From contig JADKIY010000001.1 in NCBI GenBank assembly GCA_016722575.1, positions 768,887 to 832,886 of the forward strand: a stretch of 64,000 nt of DNA, given 5' to 3'. The DNA is from Elusimicrobiota bacterium (GTDB lineage: Bacteria; Elusimicrobiota; Elusimicrobia; FEN-1173). Both the position numbers and the translations under genes were made by a program. The first letter of the stretch is position 1. The number at the start of each line of letters is the position of its first letter. Positions 53,968-63,479 of this stretch are shown here, piece by piece. The notes under the pieces are model-generated. The model was not told the origin of the DNA. It saw nothing but the letters and a program-made list of their open reading frames with translations, and did no database searches.

Positions 53968-55146
53968 ATGGACGGTGTGACCAATGTGCGTCGGGTGGCG
54001 TTCGGCCTGGTGGCCTCGGCGGTGATGGTGTTCTGTTTGGCCTTTGCGGGGAAATTGTTTCAAAACGTCGATGCCGATGAGATCGTTTGCATCCAGAGCC
54101 CGGTGTCCGGCAAATTGAACTGGCACACCACGGCGGGCGTGAAATGGCAGGGGTTCGGCAAGGTGACGAAATATTTCAAATTGGACACCTACGAGTTCAA
54201 AGTTCCGGTCCGGTTCAACGACGGCGGTCACGGCACCATCGTCGGATCCTTGAACTACGAAGTGCCCTTGACGCCGGAACAGCTGACCCAAATTCACATG
54301 AAATACGGCAGCCAGGAAGCCATACAGAAGCAATTGGTGGAGACCGTCACCAACAAATGCGTCTACATGACCGGTCCGTTGATGTCTTCCAAGGAATCCT
54401 ACGCGGAAAAACGGACAAGCCTGATCCTTTATATTGAAGACCAAATACAAAACGGCGTGTATAAAACAACCCAGAAGGACGTCAAAACGCGGGATCCCAT
54501 CACCGGCTCCGAAAAAACCGTGGCCGTGGTGGAGATCGTCAAAGACGAAAACGGCCGTCCCGCCCGCCAGGAGGACGCGGTGCTGAGCGGTTACGGCATC
54601 AACACCTCCAACTTCGCCGTGACGAAGCTCGATTACGAAGACGCCGTTGAAAAACAAATTCAACAACAACAGGAATTGACGATGAAGGTGCAAACCGCGG
54701 TGGCCTCTTCGAAAGAAGCCGAACAGCGGGCCATCACCGTGGCGAAAGAAGGCGAAGCCAACGCCGCCGCGGCCAAGTGGGCCCAGGAGGTTGAAAAGGC
54801 CAAGGCCGTCACCCTCGCTCAGCAACAATACGAAGTGGCCACCCTGGAGGCCAAGGCGGCGGAACAAAAGAAACGGGCCGAAATTCTTTTGGGAGAAGGC
54901 GAATCGACGCGCAAGCGCCTGGTCATGCAGGCCGACGGCGCCCTGGAGAAAAAATTGCAGGCCTATGTCGAAACCCAAAAATATTGGGCCGACGCCATGG
55001 CCCGGATGACCCAGCCCGTGGTCCCCGGCGTTTCCATGGGAGGCGCGGACGGGAAGGGCGGCAATGGGGTCACCCAAATGATGGAGATCATGGCCGCCAA
55101 GGCGGCGCGTGATTTGCAATTGGACCTCAAAGCCTCCAAGCCTTAA
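53968..55146 (+). CDS. SPFH/band-7 (prohibitin/flotillin-like) domain protein
   Basis: N-terminal anchor, SPFH-like beta/alpha core, then a long Ala/Glu/Lys/Gln-rich coiled coil. Confidence 0.75.
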   Translation: MDGVTNVRRVAFGLVASAVMVFCLAFAGKLFQNVDADEIVCIQSPVSGKLNWHTTAGVKWQGFGKVTKYFKLDTYEFKVPVRFNDGGHGTIVGSLNYEVPLTPEQLTQIHMKYGSQEAIQKQLVETVTNKCVYMTGPLMSSKESYAEKRTSLILYIEDQIQNGVYKTTQKDVKTRDPITGSEKTVAVVEIVKDENGRPARQEDAVLSGYGINTSNFAVTKLDYEDAVEKQIQQQQELTMKVQTAVASSKEAEQRAITVAKEGEANAAAAKWAQEVEKAKAVTLAQQQYEVATLEAKAAEQKKRAEILLGEGESTRKRLVMQADGALEKKLQAYVETQKYWADAMARMTQPVVPGVSMGGADGKGGNGVTQMMEIMAAKAARDLQLDLKASKP

Positions 55147-55215
55147 GACGTTCGGCGGGCCGCGGGGCGATCGAAAAAATCCCCCCTCCGGGCCTTTGGT
55201 TTCCGTCGTTTTTCG

Positions 55216-55255
55216 CCCCGCTCCCCGGCCGATGCCGGGGAGCGGGGTTTTTATT
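55216..55255 (+). terminator. Rho-independent terminator after the SPFH gene
   Basis: CCCCGCTCCCCGGC-cgat-GCCGGGGAGCGGGG followed by TTTTTATT. Confidence 0.6.
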
Positions 55256-55298
55256 GGTCCGCCCGGACGCCCGTCTCTTTTCCGCCATGGCCGGGGGG

Positions 55299-55328
55299 TT
55301 GACCTTTTTACCATACAAATGTATGGTA
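55299..55328 (+). promoter_or_regulatory. lexA promoter (TTGACC ... TATGGT) with an overlapping perfect 20-bp palindrome TACCATACA-AA-TGTATGGTA; candidate SOS box
   Basis: Palindrome at 55309-55328, 9 nt upstream of the lexA ATG; TTGACC at 55299-55304. Confidence 0.5.
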
Positions 55329-55336
55329 TCCCGGCC

Positions 55337-55936
55337 ATGAACGGTTTAACCCCTCCCCAGAAGAAAATTTTCGATTTCATCGTCCACCAGGTTCACGAGA
55401 TCGGCGTGCCGCCCACGGTGCGGGAAATCGCCCGGCGTTTTGATGTCGCCATCGGCACCGTCCAGGGCCATTTGGCGGCCCTGGATCGGAAGGGGGCTGT
55501 TCGGCGGATGCGGGACCGGGCCCGGGGCTTGGCCCTGGCGGTCAAGCGGGATTGGGCGGGGGGGGTCCGCTTGCCGGTCTTGGGACGGGTGCCGGCGGGG
55601 CTTCCCGTTGAAGCCGTGGCCCTCGCGGACGAGCATTTCCCCGTGCCCGGGGAGATCGCCCAGGGCGCCAATTTTATTTTGCGGGCCAAGGGGGACAGCA
55701 TGTCCCCCAAAATCGAGGACGGCGATTTGTTGCTGGTCCGGCTTCAGGAAGAGGCCCTGGAGGGCGATATTGTGATCGCCTACGTGGGGGACGAGGGCGA
55801 AGCCACGGTCAAACGGTTCCGTCGAAAGGGGACACGCGTCTTTCTTCAGGCCGACAACGCCAAATACGCCCCCATTCTCAAACCTTTTAAAGTGGCCGGT
55901 CGGGTGACGGGATTGATACGAACGGGGTTGAGGTGA
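55337..55936 (+). CDS. lexA: LexA repressor
   Basis: N-terminal wHTH (PTVREIARRFDVAIGTVQGHLAALDRKG). Cleavage site AG in VKRDWAGG-like region. S24 peptidase GDSM...KRF motifs (Ser/Lys dyad). Confidence 0.9.
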   Translation: MNGLTPPQKKIFDFIVHQVHEIGVPPTVREIARRFDVAIGTVQGHLAALDRKGAVRRMRDRARGLALAVKRDWAGGVRLPVLGRVPAGLPVEAVALADEHFPVPGEIAQGANFILRAKGDSMSPKIEDGDLLLVRLQEEALEGDIVIAYVGDEGEATVKRFRRKGTRVFLQADNAKYAPILKPFKVAGRVTGLIRTGLR

Positions 55937-55939
55937 ACG

Positions 55940-56647
55940 ATGAGTTGGCTTCGCGATCAGATTCGGCAGGCGGCGGGGGCGGTGGAGGACGCGGGGGGCA
56001 CCGTCCGGTTTTTCCGGCGGGCCATCGACGAACGGTTGGCGGAACTGCCGCTCACCGAGTGGGAAACGCTCTTTTGGACCCGGGGACTGAAACGCGGGTT
56101 GATCCAACTCAACAGCCACTGGTTCCGGCTCGGCTCGGGACGGCAAACTTCCTTTAGTTTCTTCGTCCGGAACGAGGCCGGCCTGCTGGTGGGCCTTCGT
56201 CGGGAGTCGGTGACCCAGGCGGCGGTGTACGTGGCCCTGGTCACCCATTACGGTTATCCCCGGGCCCGGGTGCGGTTCGAAATCGATTTCCTGGACGTGG
56301 CCCTGCGGGACGAATCCGGCGACGTGTCGCTCTACGCCGAAACCAAAGCCTCGGACCGGGTGCTGGAGCGCCTGGTCAACGAATTGTCCGCCTCATTCGC
56401 CGAGGGCCTCCCCCGGCTGGAACTTCCCGAAGGCAAACCGCCGCCGGACGCTCACCAAAAAGCCGCCCATATTTTGCGAACCCGCCCCTTGTTCTTTTGG
56501 GCCGTGTCGCCGGGGCGTCGGTTGGCCTATTCGGTCCACTTCCTGGGCGACGGCTTCCGCCTGAGTCCCCGCTCGGACATCCCCTTCCACCGGGACGTGG
56601 ATTTGTTTTCCGGTCTTTCCCCGCAACCTTTGCCCGCGGCGGTCTGA
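55940..56647 (+). CDS. Hypothetical protein immediately downstream of lexA
   Basis: 235-aa ORF starting 4 nt after the lexA stop. No recognisable motif. Confidence 0.45.
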   Translation: MSWLRDQIRQAAGAVEDAGGTVRFFRRAIDERLAELPLTEWETLFWTRGLKRGLIQLNSHWFRLGSGRQTSFSFFVRNEAGLLVGLRRESVTQAAVYVALVTHYGYPRARVRFEIDFLDVALRDESGDVSLYAETKASDRVLERLVNELSASFAEGLPRLELPEGKPPPDAHQKAAHILRTRPLFFWAVSPGRRLAYSVHFLGDGFRLSPRSDIPFHRDVDLFSGLSPQPLPAAV

Positions 56648-56666
56648 TCCGCTTTCCCGGGAAGGC

Positions 56667-57194
56667 TTAGCGATTCAAAAGAAATCGAGCCGCCGCGGCG
56701 AGGGCCCTCCCGACTCCGTAAAAAACAGCCGTGTCGGTCGCCAAAAACAGCGGATACAATAAAATTCGAAAGCCGCCGGGGGCGTTCCACCGATCAAAGA
56801 GCAGGGACCCGGGCATCGTATAAAGCAGCAAAGCAAAGTCCGTACTGAAAAAATCGCCGCGCCGCTTCAGGATCACCGCCAGGACGTAACGCCCCCACAA
56901 AACCGCGCCCGGGAGGAGATACGCCAAGGCCAGGCTGGCCGGGAATCCGGCAACGCGCCAACGTTGGGTCAGCCAGATTCCGATCCAATAGAGAATCGAC
57001 GCGTTGAGGAGGAAAAAGGGTCCCGCGAAATAATTCATGACCCCGTTGTGGTGGCGATACCACGGGCGAATGAGAATCGACCAGGGGGAGGACAAGGCAT
57101 ACCAATCGGCGTCACCCGCCTTGACGAGGGCGCTCAGGCAGACCAAAAGATAGATCCCGGCGAAAAGAGATCCTGGAAGAGAGAAATATTTCAT
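56667..57194 (-). CDS. Hypothetical polytopic membrane protein
   Basis: 175 aa with four or five hydrophobic helices and Trp/Tyr-rich segments. Confidence 0.5.
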   Translation of the reverse strand: MKYFSLPGSLFAGIYLLVCLSALVKAGDADWYALSSPWSILIRPWYRHHNGVMNYFAGPFFLLNASILYWIGIWLTQRWRVAGFPASLALAYLLPGAVLWGRYVLAVILKRRGDFFSTDFALLLYTMPGSLLFDRWNAPGGFRILLYPLFLATDTAVFYGVGRALAAAARFLLNR

Positions 57195-57368
57195 GGCGAA
57201 GGTCGATTTCGGGGTCGTGTGGCCAAGCCGTCGGACCCTCCCCCGCTCTGAGGCCGTCGAAAGGGTCGCCCGGCTATTGTAATAAAAAAGCCCCGACTCC
57301 CTTCGGTCCCTTCAAGAGAGCGTGCGAAAATCAAATAATGAATCCCTGAAGAAGAAACGGCAAAATCA

Positions 57369-59351
57369 ATGAATTGCAAATACGCGTTGATCGGTTTAAT
57401 TCTGGCGGCCCCCCGTTACGGTTCGGGCGGGGAGGACGACGTTATCGTTCTTCCGCCGCTGGTGATCAGCGCGGAACGGGACAAAGACCCCGTGACCAAG
57501 CGGGACGTCACGAAGGAGGATCTTCGGCTGGTCCCCGGAACCCAGGGGGACCCGTTAAAGGTGCTTCAATCCCTCCCCGGCGTGGCGGTCGGGTCCGACG
57601 GGTCCAGCGACCCGGCGGTCCGCGGCACGGCGCCCATTGATAATTCTTACTACATTGACTTCCAGACGGTGGGGTATCTTTTTCACACCGGGGACCTGCT
57701 CAGCGTTTTGAACGGCGACCTGGTGGATTCCTTTTCCATCTACCCCTCCGCCTTCGGGCCCGAATACAACAGCGGCCTGGGGGCCGTGATCGACGTGCGT
57801 TTGCGGGACCCCCGACGGGACCGGTGGGGCGCCAAACTGAACTTGAGCGCTTTTGAATCCGACGCCCTGGTGGAAGGCCCCGTGGGACCCCGCCAGGCGG
57901 TTTACGTCGCGGCCCGCCGGAGCTACCTGGACTTCCTGCTCTCCAAATTCCCGGGCACCAGCGACATCGACGTCGTGCAATTTCCGGAGTTCTACGATTA
58001 CCAGGGGAAATGGTTGTGGCAGAACCCGACCCACCGATTGGTTTTCCAGACCAACGGCGCCTGGGACAAAGTGGCCCTGGACATCAAGAGCGATTCGGCC
58101 ATCGCCAAGCGGGACCCCGCGTTGGGCGGTCGCTTTGCTCAAATCCAGGATTACCACCAGGAGGGCCTCGCCTGGACGTGGAGTGGGCCGTCGGTGACCA
58201 ACGCGGTGGCCCTTTCCCACACTCAGACCATTCTGGACAATCGGGTGGGCGGGTTGGGCGTCGTTCGCCTCAACAACCGCTGGTGGGACGTGCGGGACGA
58301 TCTGGCGTGGCGGCTGCCGGCCGGAAACACGCTGTCGTTGGGCGCCCACCACATTTACGTGCCCGTGGTCTTGAACGTGGACGTCCGGGTGGATTTTCCG
58401 TCGGAATTCGACCCTCCGCCCGATTTTACGAGCGCGCCTCCCCGCAGCGAGTTCGGCACGCTTTACATCAACGAAACCCTGGTGTATTTGAAGGACCGTT
58501 GGTCGCCCACGGCGGACCTCACGCTTTCGGCCGGCGGCCGGTGGGGTCGAAACGGCTATTTGAAGGAAAATTACGGCGAACCCTGGGCCGCGGGGGAATG
58601 GCGGTTTTTGGGCGAGACCGCTTTCACCACCGCCTGGGGGCGCTACCACCAGTTTCCGGAGGGGCACCAAACCACGAAAAATTTCGGCAACCCGGACCTG
58701 ACCGCCCTGCGGGCCGAGCACGCGGTGGCGGGGCTTAAACGGAAATTGCCCGACGGATGGTCCCTGAATGTGGAAGTGTATCGGAAACGCCTGTGGAATC
58801 TGCCGGTGGAGGACCCGGTGCTGAATTTCGTGAACGGCGCCCGGGGGCTGGCCCGGGGGGTGGAGTTGTTGGTGAAGAAGGACCGCACGGCCCGGTGGGC
58901 CGGGTGGTTCGCGGTTTCCCAATCCCATTCCACGCGGAAAAACGAACGGACCGGGCAGGAAGTCAATTTCAGCCAGGACCAACCCTGGGTTCTGAACCTC
59001 GTGGCCACCCGCCGGGTCGACCAATTTTATTCCGTTGGATTGCGCGCCCAGTATCACAGCGGCGCGCCGGACACGCCCATCACCGGGACGTATGTCGATG
59101 GTACGGGTCGGGTTCGGCCGGTGTACGGGCCCACCGGTTCCGTCCGGCTGCCGGACTACCATCGAATCGACCTCCGGTTCAGCCGGGACTTTAAAATGAA
59201 AGCGGGGTTGGGCAATTTCTACCTCGATTTGATCAACGTCCTCAACCACAAAAACGTCGCCGGTTATTCCTATTCGGATGATTATTCCGGCCGGGAGAAA
59301 GTCACTCAACTCCCCTTCTTCCCATCGGTCGGCGTTCAGTTGTCTTTTTAA
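57369..59351 (+). CDS. TonB-dependent outer-membrane receptor
   Basis: Signal peptide; plug-domain motifs (VLQSLPGVAV; DPAVRG); long beta-barrel region; C-terminal aromatic terminus (...VGVQLSF). Confidence 0.75.
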   Translation: MNCKYALIGLILAAPRYGSGGEDDVIVLPPLVISAERDKDPVTKRDVTKEDLRLVPGTQGDPLKVLQSLPGVAVGSDGSSDPAVRGTAPIDNSYYIDFQTVGYLFHTGDLLSVLNGDLVDSFSIYPSAFGPEYNSGLGAVIDVRLRDPRRDRWGAKLNLSAFESDALVEGPVGPRQAVYVAARRSYLDFLLSKFPGTSDIDVVQFPEFYDYQGKWLWQNPTHRLVFQTNGAWDKVALDIKSDSAIAKRDPALGGRFAQIQDYHQEGLAWTWSGPSVTNAVALSHTQTILDNRVGGLGVVRLNNRWWDVRDDLAWRLPAGNTLSLGAHHIYVPVVLNVDVRVDFPSEFDPPPDFTSAPPRSEFGTLYINETLVYLKDRWSPTADLTLSAGGRWGRNGYLKENYGEPWAAGEWRFLGETAFTTAWGRYHQFPEGHQTTKNFGNPDLTALRAEHAVAGLKRKLPDGWSLNVEVYRKRLWNLPVEDPVLNFVNGARGLARGVELLVKKDRTARWAGWFAVSQSHSTRKNERTGQEVNFSQDQPWVLNLVATRRVDQFYSVGLRAQYHSGAPDTPITGTYVDGTGRVRPVYGPTGSVRLPDYHRIDLRFSRDFKMKAGLGNFYLDLINVLNHKNVAGYSYSDDYSGREKVTQLPFFPSVGVQLSF

Positions 59352-59360
59352 AGGAAACCC

Positions 59361-60923
59361 ATGGACCCGTCGTTCGTTCCTCCTGTTTCGGAATCAACAA
59401 AACCCCCGTCGTCGCCCACGGCGCTGGAGGTGCTTCGGGGCACCTTCGGTTATGAATCCTTCCGCCCGGGGCAGGAAAAAATCATTAACGCGGTCCTGGC
59501 CGGGCGGGACTGCATCGGCGTTCTGCCCACGGGCGGGGGGAAATCCCTGACGTTTCAAATCCCCGCCAAGCTCTTGGGCGGCACGGTCCTGGTCATCTCG
59601 CCGTTGATCTCGCTCATGAAAGACCAGGTGGACGCGTTGATTCAATCGGGTTTCCGGGCGGCGGTCATCAATTCCACGCTCAAGGCGGAGGAACGGCGCG
59701 AGCGGATGGAGGGCCTTCGCCGGGGCGACTTCGAATTGGTTTACGTGGCGCCGGAAGCGCTGGAGGAGGGGTTCCGCCAATTTTTGGCGGCGTGTCCCGT
59801 TCGTTTGTTGGTCGTGGACGAGGCCCACTGCATCAGCCACTGGGGGCATGAATTTCGGCCGTCCTATCGAAATCTGCGGGGCCTGAAGGCCTTGCTGGGC
59901 AACGTCCCGGTCTTGGCGCTGACCGCCACGGCCACCCGGGCGGTGGCCCGGGACATCCTTCAACAATTGAGCATGGTCAAACCGGAAGGGTTCAAGGGGT
60001 CTTTTTTCCGGCCCAACCTGAGAATCACCTGCCAAAAGAAAGGCGGCGGCCGTGACACGAAAAAAGACCTTTTGCGTTTTGTTCAGGGGCGCCCCGGCCA
60101 GTGCGGCATTGTTTATTGTTTGAGCCGAAAAACGGTGGAGTCGACGGCGGCGTTCTTGAATTCCCGCGGGGTTCGGGCGGCGCCTTACCACGCCGGGCTC
60201 TCGGACGAGGAGCGGCAACGGAACCAAAACGCCTTCGCCCGGGACGAAATCGACGTGGTCGTGGCCACGGTGGCCTTCGGCATGGGCATCGACAAGTCCA
60301 ACGTGCGCTACGTGATCCACCGGGACATGCCGAAGAGCCTCGAAAATTATTCCCAGGAAATCGGCCGGGCCGGGCGGGACGGGTTGCCCGCCGAGTGCGT
60401 TCTTTTATTCCTGGGCGGACGTCATGGCCTACGAACGTTTCGCGGCCCTGGGGGGGGACGCCTCGTTGACCGCGGCCGCGAAACAGAAAACCGTGGAGAT
60501 GTTTCGCTGGGCCGACCGTCCGGCCTGCCGCCACCGGGGGCTCTCAGCGGTTTTTGAGGAGGAACTGGCGGATTGCGGGCAATCCTGCGACGTCTGCCGG
60601 AAAACAATCCTGGACGATTTGTTGCCCACCGTGTCCGCGCGGGCGGGGGGGACCGGACCCCGCCCCCCCGGCCGTCGGGCGGAAGTCGACGGGGGGAATC
60701 TGGACGATCCGTTGTTTTTGCGGCTCAAGGCCCTGCGTCGCTCCCTGGCGGACGCCCAGGGCGTTCCCGCCTACATCGTATTCAGCGACGCCGTTCTTTT
60801 GCGATTGGCGGAGCGGCGCCCCGGACGCCCGAGGAATTTCTGGGGATCGCGGGCATCGGTCCGGCCAAGCAGGCCCGTTACGGCGACGCCTTCCTTCGGG
60901 CGTTAAACGACTCCGAGGCCTAA
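59361..60923 (+). pseudogene. recQ: ATP-dependent DNA helicase RecQ interrupted by two apparent single-base frameshifts (pseudogene or assembly errors)
   Basis: Frame 1 (59361-~60415) has helicase motifs I-VI (LPTGGGKS, DEAH, ...) and the Zn-binding region. Frame 3 (~60412-~60825) continues ADVMAYERF... through the Cys4 and HRDC start. A third frame (~60822-60923) gives ...RTPEEFLGIAGIGPAKQARYGDAFL. Shifts lie in the T4 run (~60410) and the C4 run (~60822). Confidence 0.8.
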
Positions 60924-60925
60924 AG

Positions 60926-60953
60926 GCAAGGCCCACCGTCCTTCGACGGTGGG
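60926..60953. terminator. GC-rich hairpin between the convergent recQ and 60974-61552 genes; possible bidirectional terminator
   Basis: GGCCCACCGTC-cttc-GACGGTGGGCC. No clear U-tract. Confidence 0.35.
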
Positions 60954-60973
60954 CCCGCCGCGGGTGGCCGAAT

Positions 60974-61552
60974 TCAGGGTTGCTTGAGGCTGTCCCGTTT
61001 GGCCTTGTTTTCCGCTTTCTGTTGTTCGAAGTGGGCCTGGGTGGCCGCTTTCACCTCGTCCCGATGGGCTTTAATGGCGGCTTTCTTCTGTTCCTGGGTC
61101 AGGGAGCCGTCGGTCGCGATCTTTTCAAAAAACGCGACGCTTTCCTGGTAGCGGGTTTCCCGGTAGGCGTCGTTCTCCTTCCATTGGTTTTCGTGGAAGG
61201 CAATGAGGTCGGCTTTTTGAGTGTCGGTCAGCTTCGTGTTGGCGGCCAAGCGCTGGGTCAGGAAGGCCCGGCGTTTTTCGGTTTGTTCAGCGGCGAAGGC
61301 CGCGTTTTCCTTGTGCTGGGTCTCCCGGTGATCTTTTACCGCGGCCTTTTTTTCCTCCGGGGATTTGCCCTGAAGGCCGTCCCGAAAGGTTTTGTTCTCC
61401 GACTGTTGCTGTTGGCGATGGTTTTCCCAGGCGGTCTTCTGTTGGGTCCGGAACGCTTCGCGATCGTCTCGCTTTTGGCCGGGATCGGCCCGCAAAAACC
61501 CGGAAGGGGCCAGGCAGGCGAATCCGAAGAGGAAAACCATTGTTTTTTTCAT
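60974..61552 (-). CDS. Secreted, internally repetitive, Lys/Glu/Gln-rich periplasmic protein
   Basis: Signal peptide MKKTMVFLFGFACLAPSGFLRA. Repeated units (...TDTQKADLIAFHENQWKEN...; ...TQEQKKAAIKAHRDEVKA...). Confidence 0.55.
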   Translation of the reverse strand: MKKTMVFLFGFACLAPSGFLRADPGQKRDDREAFRTQQKTAWENHRQQQQSENKTFRDGLQGKSPEEKKAAVKDHRETQHKENAAFAAEQTEKRRAFLTQRLAANTKLTDTQKADLIAFHENQWKENDAYRETRYQESVAFFEKIATDGSLTQEQKKAAIKAHRDEVKAATQAHFEQQKAENKAKRDSLKQP

Positions 61553-62551
61553 GGGTTGCTCCTTTTGAACTTAATGGCACGCCTTGGCGCGTGGCGTGGG
61601 CCTTCGAACGTTTGGACGACCGCCGGTTCCAGAAAGTGTCGATTCGACGGATTCCTCCCCGGGTGCGCGGTTGATTTTTTGTGTTTTTGGACCCATCCTT
61701 GAATCGGAAGTCCTGCTCAAGAGCGATCAATGAAAACAGTTCTGCGCGTTGCCGGATGCGATCTCGGGAAGTCCTCGGCCCAATTCGTACTCGTTCGCGT
61801 GAGTCCGACGGGTTCGTCCGTGGAATCCCGGGAGACGCAGGCCCACGACGGCCGGCCCATGGCGGTTTTTGAGGAATGGCACCGGGGGCGGCACCGCTTC
61901 TCTCAACAAGGAATTGATCCCGGTGGCCAACCCGAAGGCAATGGACGTCGGCGACGTATTCATCCGGGGCAGGTTCCTGGCCATGCCGTCTGAATTGTCG
62001 ACTTGGCGGAAAATGCGAAGGGGGACCGGGTTTTTTGCTGGTCCAAAGTTATATGCCGGCCCAGGAGATTCACGTGCTGAATAATCCCGATCGCCGTTTA
62101 AGTCCGTGGTGTCGAGCGGGCGACTTGGACAAACTTGACACCCCGGAATGGATTTTTCATTGGTCCGACTTGAAACGTTTCGCCGAAAAGGGGTGTCCTT
62201 GACGAGGTTCCCCCTCTCGATCCTTGGGATCCGTTGGCTTGCGCTCCCGGCCTTTGGGGTCCTTCCATCGGTCCAGGATTGGATGGATTTTGAGGCGGCC
62301 GTCCGAAGCGGTAAAATCGATAAACGCGAAGCGCGGGAAAGGCTTCCCGGCGCACGCCTGGCAAAAAGACCGCGAAGTTGACCGGTGGGCGGAAGAATGA
62401 GTGGAATGTTGGCCATCGGTGCGTTGGATGGAAAAATGTTTGGCTCGATGGGCGGGGGGACTTTGTTTTGTGGGGCGCATTGGGAAAAAAGTAAGCTGTC
62501 CCTCGTTGCGGGGGATGGCGGGGCGGGGCGGCCCAACTTTGAGGAGATGAA

Positions 62552-63466
62552 ATGCTGATTACCAACGCGCACGTTCACTTGATCGAGCTTCAAAAGATGA
62601 TTGAACTTCAGGGGGATGTGCGACTGCCGGCGTCCATCTCCGTCCTTAAAGATTTGGAATCCACGCTGCCTCTGTTGGCCCCGGAAGTCGCGCTTCGGCA
62701 AATGGACGAGGCGGGAATCGCGCGCTCCGTTCTCTACGCGGTGGAGGCGCCCATCGTCTACTCTTCGAACGAATACGTTTCCCTGTTGTGCAAAAAATAT
62801 CCCGACCGATTCATCGGTTTCGCGTCGGTGAATCCCCTGGACCCGGCGGCCCCGGAGAAGCTGGAGCACGCGGTCAAAAATTTGGGCCTCAAGGGTTTGA
62901 AGCTGCATCCGCCCCTTCAGGGCTTTTCGGCCAACGACCCGCGCGCCTTCTCGACCTACGAGAAGGCCCAGGCGTTGAACGTCCCCATCGTCTTTCACGT
63001 GGGCAGCACCCCCTTCGGTTGCCTGTGCCGGTTGGAACACGCCTCGCCGCTCCTCCTGGATGAAGTCGCGGTGACCTTCCCGAAGCTCCGCCTCCTGATC
63101 ACCCATCTCGGCACGTTGTGGCACAACGAGTCTTTTATGGTGGTCGAGAAGAATCCGAATGTCTACATCGACACGGCCGCCTACGTGACGGAAATCAAAA
63201 CCATATTGACCCCGGACATCATCACGCGAATCGGGCCGGACAAAATCATCTTCGGCACCGACTACCCCATGCCCTACGCGGGGAAAGTGCACCGCATGAA
63301 AGAGTTCGTGGACGTCGTGAAATCCATCGAGGTGGGGGCCGACGTTCTGGCCGATATATTCCACAACAACTTCCTTCGACTGCTGGAGGGGGACGCTGCC
63401 GCCGGGCAAACGATCAACGCCAAGGACATGCTGGCGCGCCTGGCGGGGCCAGGGCGTCCCGGCTAA
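62552..63466 (+). CDS. Amidohydrolase-2 family (TIM-barrel metal-dependent hydrolase)
   Basis: MLITNAHVHLIE (His-x-His metal site) and a conserved ...THLG... / ...FGTDYP... pattern. RBS GAGGAG. The overlapping 584-aa minus-strand ORF is judged spurious. Confidence 0.75.
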   Translation: MLITNAHVHLIELQKMIELQGDVRLPASISVLKDLESTLPLLAPEVALRQMDEAGIARSVLYAVEAPIVYSSNEYVSLLCKKYPDRFIGFASVNPLDPAAPEKLEHAVKNLGLKGLKLHPPLQGFSANDPRAFSTYEKAQALNVPIVFHVGSTPFGCLCRLEHASPLLLDEVAVTFPKLRLLITHLGTLWHNESFMVVEKNPNVYIDTAAYVTEIKTILTPDIITRIGPDKIIFGTDYPMPYAGKVHRMKEFVDVVKSIEVGADVLADIFHNNFLRLLEGDAAAGQTINAKDMLARLAGPGRPG

Positions 63467-63479
63467 GGGGCTGGCCCCC

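Noticed and set aside
53032-55380. 782-aa minus-strand ORF spanning the HTH/SPFH/lexA-promoter region
   Set aside because: Antisense to three plus-strand genes that have RBSs and recognisable domains (SPFH, LexA); composition is junk-like.
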